From Felis catus (taxonomy: Eukaryota), in the NCBI RefSeq assembly GCF_018350175.1, contig NC_058368.1, positions 162,380,001 through 162,444,000 on the forward strand: a stretch of DNA of 64,000 bases. Direction: 5' to 3'. Of the stretch, positions 53,706 through 64,000 are shown piece by piece. A program made the translations under genes and the position numbers. Within the stretch, counting starts at the first letter, position 1; each line of letters begins with the position of its first letter. The notes below the pieces were generated by a model, which did not search any database, was not told where the DNA came from, and was given only the letters and a program-made list of their open reading frames with translations.

Positions 53706-55206
53706 CCAGACTGGAGTTCCCATCCAAGCAACTTGGACTTATACTGAGAAGCTGTTGCTCTGCATTCAAGCCTCACCCCTGCTGCACATTTGCACAGCTG
53801 CTCCCAAATCCACTGATCAATACAATAGAACACTCACGAGCTTCCCTGGACACTTGTCACAAATTCCCTGAGGGTGTGGTACTCTGGTCCAAGCAGGGTG
53901 GGTTGGGTCAGGATATACTATGTGCTCAAAGCTGTGGACAGAGGGGATGCGACTCTGCTACAGAGTTACTACAGGCTTTAGGCAATGTTCAAGTCTAAAT
54001 TCACGGGGTTTGAAACTGACAGATCTGAAGACAAATAGTGGTTGTATCTATCATTGTAGCTTTAGGCAAGCTACTTAATCTCCCTATCGATATACATATC
54101 TAATGTCCCACATGCAGTTAATGCCTCCTTCAGAGCGGCACTATAAATGCACCCAGTCTGAAGTGTGGCACATTGTAGACACTCACAAAGAACAGCTAAA
54201 ACAGTGTTTAAAAATTTTACAAACGTCTTGAGCATTTCTCAAGTATTCTCCAAGTTTGTATATTACAGCTTAACTGTGTGAATCTCACAAGTTGCCAATG
54301 ATACACAGCTACTTTCCTGTGATTGATCCCCATGTCCTTATCAAGAGAAAGTGATTTATCATCTCTAGGGCAGAGACAATGCACATTTTTTGTTTCTCTG
54401 TATCTACTTCCTATGGTGTCCATTGTGTGTATATAACAAATAAACACTGATTTAATCTATAGTTATGAATACCAGATTACGGTACTGATAATTCTAAACC
54501 CATGAGTCAGTTTTGTTACTCCTTAAACTACACTGCTTACACTGGAGAAGATGCTTAGAAGCTATGTGAAGATCACACATACACAAGAAGAATCTTTAAT
54601 AAATAAAAAGTTCTACCAATGATTTCAATGTTTTGCTATTGATATTTAAATCTGGTCCATTCAATGAAATATTTGAATAAAAAGTATATAAAAATGTATG
54701 TGTATTTGATTCTGGAAGGAGATAGATAACAAAACAAAACATTTTTTTTCATTAGTTGTGCTGAGATCAAGTGAGTTTGATGTACCTTTTTAAAAGAATA
54801 AATTTCTTTTAATCAGAGGCAAAATTTAAATAATGCATATCATGATAGAAATAGGCATTTCTTATTATAATAGAAATACATATTAATTGTTCAAAAACAA
54901 AAGGATAATAAAAATAATAACTATAGTCTTAACACATGAAATAAACACTGTAAGTTCCTTTTGGTATTTTTCTTTGTAAATGCTTTATAATTTTAAAGTT
55001 TCAAATAGAATTATACTATACATGCTGTTTGTATCTTTCTTTCATTTGGTATTTTAATTAGAATTTCACAGTTTAATAAATAATGTTACAAACATGACTT
55101 TTAAAGGCTACATCAAAACCCATTAATGATTATATCATAATTTATCTTCTATATCTAGAAATGTGCCTTCATAGCTAATATGAATAATTCTTTGTATAAA
55201 GTAGAT

Positions 55207-55840
55207 GTATTAGTTGTGAAATCATAGAAAACTGCCGCACGCTGGCTTAGAGGAAAGGGTAATTTACTCAAAGAATACTAGCGTACTTTGTGTAAATGAA
55301 AGAGTTGAAAATCCAAACCACAGGCAGATGCAGCAATGTCTCAGGAATAAACTGAAAGAGAAATTCATTCCTCAAGATCGTCTGCCTCTCTGTCTCTGTT
55401 TAGGTACATGTGTGAGTGTGAGTGTGTGTGATTTGTCATCTCTGCTTTTCTCTGAATGCCAACTTCAGTTGCTTCTTTCTGTATATAAACTTCATTTTCA
55501 TGGAATGCATACTGTCTTCCACAGCTTGGCTAGAAAATGGCCACTGACAACAACCAAGATATACTCCTCACATCTTCTTACACACACACGCACACACACA
55601 CACACACACACAAATCCACTGCACACATATGCACATCATGTGTACACACACACACATGCTTTGATTACTTTTATTCAGTTATCATTTGAAGTATATAGTG
55701 AGGGATTTTAACTGATCTGGTTTCATCAGTTGATAACACTTTGTCCAAGGATTCATATTCTGTAATAATAGATAGACCCACAATAATTATGTGGTTGTGA
55801 GCTACCATAGGGACAATTTCTAGAAGTGGATTGTGCTCTA
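55207..55840 (-). mobile_element. Old MaLR LTR with internal (CA)n
   Basis: tgtattagttg...gctggcttagaggaaagggtaatttact...aaaatggccactgacaac. Confidence 0.5.
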
Positions 55841-58800
55841 CAGATTACTATATAAACAATCATTTCTTTTTGGAATGTGCATCTCTGTACATGTATCTTT
55901 CCACACATCTATTAAATATTTTCAGGTATTTTGAGAACAGGAATTATTATTAAAAGGGTAAAGAAAATATTTAGGGCTTTTGCTATATGGTCCCATTTGT
56001 ACATATAGAAATTGGTTGTCAATTTGATATCCTTGAAAAGTGAATTTAATTGACATTTCACTAATATGATTGTAGCATATTTTAGTAAATGTTATTTATC
56101 TATCATGTTGTTTACATTAAAAATATACCATGAGTCAGGACACTTAATCTGGTGTATCCAATCATTAGCTATGTGACCATGGACAGATAGTTTCTCTGTC
56201 TTAGCATACGTCTCCTTGAAAATAAAGTTTTGAATTGTATAATGCCTAGGGATTTTTTTTTTGTTTTGTGGTTGGGTTTTTTTTTTTATTTTGTTTTTTT
56301 GCCAGTTAATGAGCACTTAATGTAACAAAAACTGAATAGGTTGAAGGAAATTCCTGAATGGTGTATGAACACAGTTGTTTCTTTGTTTTCTAGAACTTCA
56401 ATCTGACAATTCATCCAAAAAAGGAGCTCTTTTGTCTCAGGCTACTCTTCACAAACACCTTCTAGATCTCTGTGTTCATATTTTTATGGTCATTCATTTC
56501 AATCCCACAGATGTCTTAAGACTGAAACTTAAGAATCACGTATATGCTATAAGTGGCAAGAAGCCTTTGTTATAAAGGAAATCGTTTGGTCTGACTGGCA
56601 ATGAGCAGATTGAGATTTAAGAGATTAACATATCAGGAAAGGAGTGAGGCAAAGATGATGTCTCATCTGCAGACAGTGGTTAGGCATTATTTCATCAGAT
56701 GTCATGTAAAGAATCAGACAAGAGGATAGGTGATATTAATGACAAGGACTCAAATACCTTGGTTAGTGGAAAAGAAAGCACACCCTAATCCAGAGATATG
56801 CTGACTTGTCTAAGATAGATTCACTTAATATTTTATATATTAACATTAAACCATTAAACTATGGCTCAGAAAATTATATGAAATATGGAAATCCAAAACC
56901 AAAGCATTATTTATGCATTAGAATAAATGCCTTCTTTTAATTGAAGAACTTGGATGAATTTTGAGTCTATCTTGACATAAGATGTATATATAAATTTTTC
57001 TTTCAAAAACATTAACATATTTTGATCAAGTGTGTGCTAATGCCTTTGAATAATGGATTTATACTTGACTGTAAATCCTTTTCTAATAGTTTAATTTTGT
57101 TTTATTCAACAAAAATTTTAATTTTTTGTTGACCATCTACTTTCAATTAGGAATAGCAAAATGTCATTCTAGTTCTTTGAAATTCCACTTTTTGTTTTTC
57201 ATTTAAGTAGTGGAGCTATAGCTAAAATGGGCAGAATTTCTTAATATAAAAATCAGATTTGCTGACAGTATTACAGCCCTTTATCTATAGCTAGGTTTGT
57301 ATTGCCAAGGAAGAAAGGACTTAATTTTCTAAGTTTGATACCATTTAAAAACCATATTGATGAAACATGGACACTTGCTGATCTTACTTGACTGTTTAAC
57401 ATTGCTTCTGTCCCTCTGCTTTTGCGTGTGATGCTGTTTGCATATAGGCAATAAATATTTGACTTAACATTAGTTGCATCTACTGAAAGAAAAAAAATCA
57501 AAATATTGTCGTAAGATTATTGAAATATAAAAGCTTTATGACTCACTAAAAATCATACTACTTTTTGATGCTTAAATGAAGGAGGAATTTGTATGCTATA
57601 GAAATAGGAATGGGTTTGATTAGAGACTGCCAGTGACTGACACCACATAAAGTCGCGTTTCCTTCAAACATGTTACTATGGCTGATAATTTACATAAGTG
57701 TGCAAATATTTCATGGGATGTTACTTGCATAGCTTTTTTATACTAACATATGTGCACATCTTTGTAAGACCACTCTCCATTGAGTTTGATTACAATACAC
57801 CTGGTGTTCCTTCAGTTTTCTTTGGTGAGAAACATCTGGTTGAAATTTCTGTTGTATCCGAAACACCTTGATAAATATGCCATCTATGGACTTTGAGTCA
57901 AAAAATTGCTGTGTATCACTCTAAATTTAGCGTTTTCTGGACAAGCAATGTAAAACTACCGAACAGTTTGGTACTGAATCTTTCCTTCATTTTTTTACTC
58001 TTGTTTCCCGCCTAATATTGTAAGATCATACTGTATTATCACACTTGACCTTTTTGAAAGTAGATCTAGGAGTTAACTTCTTATAATCCAGCATTTATCA
58101 GAGTGTGTATGGTTTGGTTTTATAAGCAAGAATGCCATGACATTTATATATCTTTAGGAAGAATGTGCCATTTAAAAAGTATGACCTAGTATGTCATGTA
58201 TTAACAGCACCATTTATTTTTTAAGAAAAAGCATATTTAGATTGTCACGCAATTTCAAGTTTTCCAGTACATTGTCATCATCAGACATGAAAGCTGTGGT
58301 TTAGAAATGTTTATTTTTCAGCCAAATAGAATCCAACTAAATGCAGATGTTTTATACTCCATAAAGTAATTTAGGGAATCACTTAGCAAACACATTTCCA
58401 TCAATGTTACAATTCAAACCATTTCATGGCAGTTGCATTTACAATTCAATGCCCATAAAAACAGACTACCAAACAACAAATCATTGGTCAGCTAAGTAGT
58501 ACCTGAATGTGCCCATACACTTAATGCGCTCTGTTTATTGTTGGACTGCAGGAGACAGGTATTTCTTTTTACTTCAGAAGCTTTGCAAATAATAGGATTA
58601 TGATTGTATGTGTTTGGCTTTTTGTGTTTTATTGAGTGGAAGAAAGAAAAAGTGTGAGGGAAAGAGAAAGATGAAGGTGCCTAACTCTCCACATGAAATA
58701 GAAATATAACCAAAAATGAAAAAAAAATCAAATCTGTGTGTCCATCCTTTTACGAAGACTATGATAAGCTTTCCTCTGATCTCCCTCAGAACTGCCACCA

Positions 58801-61204
58801 GAATAACCTGTTACATTTTCCTACTCAAAGGTAGATGCTATTCTTCCCTAACTCATTCTTTACTCAGTTTTTTGGTATTACGTTACTCCATAAATTATCA
58901 TGTGCCTATACTAGGACACTGTAATGATGAGAAGAAAATCTCCATGAGAGATACTCTCACCAGTGTCACCTTCTTGCGATGAGCCAATGTTATAATTATA
59001 AAAACAAAAGGTAAATTAGACAGTCATAAACATATTTATTAAGTACCATTGTTTGCATAACATTAAGTATTACAAAAGAAATGCCATTTTGAAATGTCTT
59101 TTTTATAATTAAAGATTAACTTTGGGCAATGTTAAATTAGCTTCGCCCTGATAATAATAAAGTAGTCCTATTACGAGGTTATTATTTAAACCACACTCAG
59201 TACATGACATTCTACTGACGACAAAGAGTTAATGCTCTTCCCCTAAGTGATTATCCAAGTCTGGTGATAATCACACCAGGAGAACCAGATTTCTCTATAA
59301 GATAAGATTTATTCAATCTCATTTGATTCTGAGGTTCTTGAAAGAAGCATTTTATATACCTGAAAGCCAGTCTGTTAGCTTCAGTCACCAAATTTCCCCA
59401 CTATCTGTCCTGAACATCCTTTTTTTTTTTCTCCTGTAGCTATTTCTTGTTGATTTGGTTTCCCCTAAGCCATTACGTAGAACTGCGTAGTATAAACCTG
59501 TCACAATTTTGCACTATATGTTATGCAGAGAGTTTCTGAAAATTTTCTCATGAAAATACTTCTTTCAACTCTGCTTTCAATAAGAGATATTACCCTTCAT
59601 CTCCAGCAGCTGAATTATTTGAAGCTGATGAGTCATATAATAGTTTTCAACTCCCCAAAGCACCTCCATTATGGGAAACTACTTCTGTACTGTCATTTAG
59701 TTTATGAAATATGAAATGCTGCCATGTGGCTTCTTCTCAGAATAGCTAAGAGAAGAAAATATAGATGGGAATTGCTCACTAGATAGAAATCTTAAAAGGA
59801 TGAATTGATAATGTTCATGTAAAATTTCTCAAGAGTGATTTTACTTAAACTTAGGCTTTGTAATCATTTATCAATACTGTGCTTTAACATTCCAAAATTC
59901 AGTTATCAGGAATAAAATGTAGTTTAAAAATTTTTCTACTATCTCTTTATTTTATAAACTAATCATCATCATCAAATTTTACTTGTATCTTTTTTATTTT
60001 ATAAGCCAATCATCATATAAACATCATATTTTATAAACTATATCATATAAGAAGCAAATAAAATAAGGTCTAGAAAAAGAAAAAGATAGTAATAACGGTA
60101 GCAGTATAAAGCTAGGAATAAAGTAAAAAACATTTCAATTTATATTCTAGGCTAATGCTATCTCTTCTGAATAAATTTATGTTGTTTAAAACTGAAATTT
60201 TCTTGTACCACTTTAATAGCCATAAAAATTTTCTCATTAGTACATTTCTTCTGCCTGATCAATTCTTGGGCCATTATTTGTGTTGATGTAGGTAAGAGAT
60301 GGAGAAAAGTATTAAAAGAGAGTCCAAACTGGAAATTCACTCACTTAATCTAGTAAAGATCTGGTAAAGACAATTAACAGAAAAGAAATAAGAAATAGAG
60401 ACATAGACTCAGTTTCAGGAGAGAGGATTGAGGAATGATTTGCAAGACTAAGAGGTAGCTGTTGTGCCCCACGAGGTATTGTTAGGCAAAGGGAAGATTG
60501 CATTAAGGAAGCTGTGTGGTTTCATAAAATACAATTTTCCTTTATCACTTGTTTTGCATAATTCAAAAAAGATTTAAAATACTTTCCAATAGATCTCAAT
60601 GTTTAAGAGGGTTTTTCTCAAATGTGACAGATTTTAGCTATTAGGTAGATAAGCTTTATGCTCACTTTGTGCATTAGTACCAACCTGGTTTGGAATGCTG
60701 GGAGGATATAGCTAAGCATGTAATTAGACAGATCAGACTGCTACTCAGTATACTGTAAGATTCCCAAGGTTATTGAAATCAATGGGTCTGTGTGAATTTA
60801 TATCTAGTTAAAAGCAATCCTAAGTGTTTTATTCTAGGAAAAGCGTTGTTTTTATTTTAGTAGTGCGAGGGGAGGCAAGAGTTATAAATCGGTGGAACAA
60901 AATTTTTAAATCTCTTTGATTTCCTTTAAATATCTAAGAATACGTTAAAGGTCACTGATTTTGATTCTATAAGAATAAAACAATCTTCTGGAGAAAATAG
61001 ACAAATTCAGATGGATAGGTAAGGTTTTATTTTTTGTTTATTTTTGGTTTTGCTTTCCCTTTGGTGAGATGTTAAAAGCTAATTCATTGCTAATTGCTTT
61101 CATGTAGATACTGATGTTCTCAAATCGTTAGGAGTAAGTTATGTTTCAGGTACTTTAAAATGATAAAATAAAAGGTTTCATTAACTTTGTACCTATAAAT
61201 ATGA

Positions 61205-61590
61205 GATATATTATGCTGAAATAACAGACTATCCTACAATTTCGGTGGCTTAAGACAAATATTTATATTTTTGTTCATGGCTCTTGTCCCTCATAGATCA
61301 CTGGGTGGGGGCAGTGTTCTGATTATTGCAGTACTCAGGAACCCAGGCCATTGGAGTTTTCATCTCAGCAAATCCTTCCATGATCAACAAGGAAGGAGAG
61401 AAGATATGGCAAATTTCGTTTTGGCTCCTAACACTTTTAACTCCATGTGACTATTGTTATACCACTTATATTTCATTGTCCAAAGAAAATCAAATGGCAA
61501 TGCTTAATTTCAAATGGGTTGGCAACTAAAATCCTACAGAATACCACAAGAGGGCAGAGCCAGGAATATTTCGTGAACTGTACCAATTAT
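61205..61590 (-). mobile_element. Old MaLR LTR (MLT1K/L-like)
   Basis: atgctgaaataacagac...gtggcttaagacaa...actcaggaacccaggc...tttcattgtccaaag...gagccaggaatatt. Confidence 0.7.
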
Positions 61591-61659
61591 ATATATACTA
61601 TATATATCATTATTATGTATGTGGAGATACATATTTTATTATATATGTGGAAATATATA

Positions 61660-61667
<8 letters not shown>

Positions 61668-61710
<43 letters not shown>
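61668..61710. repeat. (TA)n microsatellite
   Basis: Read directly from the sequence. Confidence 0.98.
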
Positions 61711-61713
<3 letters not shown>

Positions 61714-63084
61714 CAATAAAACAATAAAAATGTCTTTGCTTTAGAACTAAGTAATAACATATAGAGCTATAGACCAAACAAAAATTCTGTATTCTACCAA
61801 GAAGGGGATTTTAGTGAAAACCATAGAAAGGAAGTGAAAAGTATAGTTTCACATGCCAGTAAAGGAAATCTCTTCTTTTACTCCTGTCAGACAAGTAACA
61901 ACACCTCAGTAACAATGCCCAAAGGGCCTCATATGCTGTGTAGATTCAAGCATTTGTGATATTACCAATATTTTCAGGTCATTAAAATCTAGTTTAGTAG
62001 GAAAAGACATTTATTTGTGAATACGTGTGATATCATGACTAAATCAAATTTTCCCTAGTGAGCAAGTGACTCATTTTATTTCATATCCTCATTTATCTTT
62101 ACATTTTGTTTGTGTCTAATTTAGGAATATCAAAGATCCCTCAACAGTGATGTATTATCATACCTCTTCCTACTATACCATGGTAATATTTTCAGCAACA
62201 GCTTGTATTCTGTTCTTTTCCTTCATGGCTTCTTTTTACCATACTTGTTTACCTCAGATATTTCATTATGCTGTCCTGTCCATATGACCTTATAAACAAT
62301 ATTTTCTCCTCCCCTCCTGTTTCTGTCGTTAAATACTCTATTTTCCTCCCGCAAAGATCTTACACACTCTGACTGTTCCACGTTGCTATTGCCAATCACT
62401 GCCACTATTCTTTTCCTTTACTTCCCTGTTCTCATCTTGAGCCTTGGATTCTGATATATGCATTAATAAAAAACTCCTGTAGTGAAAAATATGTTATCTA
62501 GAATTATCTTCCCTGTGTTTTTTTTCCTACACCTACAGAGTAAGTTTACATTTTCACTCTGTGAAAGGACTGGTTTGCCAGCAGTGATACTATGAGAATT
62601 TTTCCCTGGACAGTAAGATGAGCACCATGATCTGATCAATTCCTGAATGGGACATCCCTAATATATTCGTAGAGATCAGTGGGAAGCATCTTGAGTAAGT
62701 CTTGATAGGGAGTTTAAGGCATAGTAACACCTGACTTCACATTCAATGAGTTTAGAAGTTTAATTCTTCTCTCAGTGTTCATTAAATGGATTAGGGGAAC
62801 ATATGTAAAGGACTACTCCCTGATAACCAGGGTTTTCTTGCACTGACTGGACATGAATGAATGATACTCTAGTGAAGAAACCAAGACAATTTGTTGCTCA
62901 ACTAGAGGGAAAGCTAACAAAAATAATAAGCTACTTCACTTTTCCATAGGAAAGCAAAAAGAAAGCAGAGAGTTGCTGTATTACATAAACATAAATTCCA
63001 TGATCAGTAGGTTGAATATCTCCATTGTGCTTAGGAGGAAAACAAGACTCAGAATTAAGCAAAAGCAGAGGTTGTGCCATTGAC

Positions 63085-63750
63085 TGTATTAATTTGCAAG
63101 GGCTGTTGTGACAAAATACAATGCACTGGGTTGCTTAAACAACAGAGATCTACTGTCTCATGGTTCTGGAAACTAGAAATCCAAGATCAAGGTGTCAGTA
63201 GAGTTGGTTCTTTCTGTGGCTGCGAGGGGGAAGTGTTCCAGAGCTCTCTCCTATTTTTTGATAGTTTTCTGGCATCCATTCTTCAGCTTCTGCTACATCA
63301 CTTGACCTCTACCTTCATCTTCACGTTGTGTTCTCCCTGTATGCTTGTGTCCAAATTTTCCCATTTAATATAGACATCATTGGTATTAGGAGCCCACCCT
63401 ACATTAGAATCACCTTATTTTTCTTCTTTTTTTTCCTTTTAAATACAGTATAATTAACATACAGTGTCATGTTAGTTTCAGGTGCACAATACAGTGATTT
63501 GTCAATTCTATACATTACTCAGTGCTCATCACAAGTGTACTTTTAATCCGATTTACCTATTTCATCCATCCCCCTACCGATCACCCCTCTGGTAACCACC
63601 AGTTTGTGCTCTGTAGTTAAGAGTAGTATGACCTCATCTTAACTAATTACCTCTACAATGACTCATTTTCCAAATGAGGTCACAGTCTAAGGTTCTGGGG
63701 GTTAGAATTTTAACATATGAGTTTGTGAGGACATAATTCAGCACATAACA
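63085..63750 (-). mobile_element. MLT1B/C solo LTR interrupted by an L1 3' stub
   Basis: tgtattaatttgcaagggctg...tccaagatcaaggtgtcag...acataattcagcacataaca. Confidence 0.88.
63421..63624 (-). mobile_element. Carnivore L1 (L1_Carn-like) 3' stub
   Basis: ttaacatacagtgt..ttagtttcaggtg..ctcagtgctcatcac..ccctctggtaaccaccagtttg; degenerate TSD agaatcaccttattt / agtatgacctcatct. Confidence 0.85.
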
Positions 63751-63799
63751 CTAGCTAATGACAGTACTCAGACATGACCTTAAAATCAAGAATTAGATT

Positions 63800-63970
63800 T
63801 GTTGGGAAAATGTGACCATAATTATAATGACATGGGGGCCTTTTACAAATATCTATCACTGTGCCCTACTCTCAGAAGCTGTTCAGTTGGTCTGAAGCAT
63901 AACTTGTGTGTCCATATTTTTTTAAACTCCCCAGATGATTCTTAAATGCAGAAGAAATGAAAACTACTAG
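63800..63970. mobile_element. MER5-like hAT MITE
   Basis: ttttaaactccccagatgattcttaaatgcag...tgaaaactact. Confidence 0.65.
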
Positions 63971-64000
63971 GTTAAAACAATCTGAAGTCTTAGAAAACCA

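Noticed and set aside
55328..55711. 127-aa ORF
   Set aside because: Lies inside an old MaLR LTR and (CA)n repeat; no coding features.
57106..57132. 10-bp inverted repeat tcaacaaaaa/tttttgttga
   Set aside because: Low complexity; expected by chance in AT-rich DNA.
57802..57937. Minus-strand exon-like segment
   Set aside because: Stops in all three frames and a weak donor; unsupported without RNA data.

Overview
AT-rich mammalian genomic DNA, almost certainly felid (cat-like), judged from 18 feliform-type CanSINEs and cat-type L1s. I recognise no intact host protein-coding gene, RNA gene or CRISPR array; it reads as a gene desert or large intron. Long ORFs come from L1, SINEs or microsatellites, or look like chance. 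Main contents: a near-full-length decayed L1 (- strand, ~40.6-46.25 kb), an internally deleted L1 (+, 31.8-34.1 kb), older L1/L2 fragments, a class III (ERV-L-like) pol remnant, several MLT/ERVL LTRs, hAT MITEs and microsatellites. The most notable structures are retrotransposition products. (1) A TSD-bounded orphan 3' transduction at ~6.35-6.72 kb. (2) An L1 whose ~3.4 kb deletion joins ORF1 in frame to the ORF2 C-terminal Cys-rich domain. (3) A possible short 3' transduction and a 5'UTR deletion with a 15-bp duplication in the long L1. Repeat family names are recalled from consensus sequences, not from a database search. I found no convincing evidence of a wholly new biological system.
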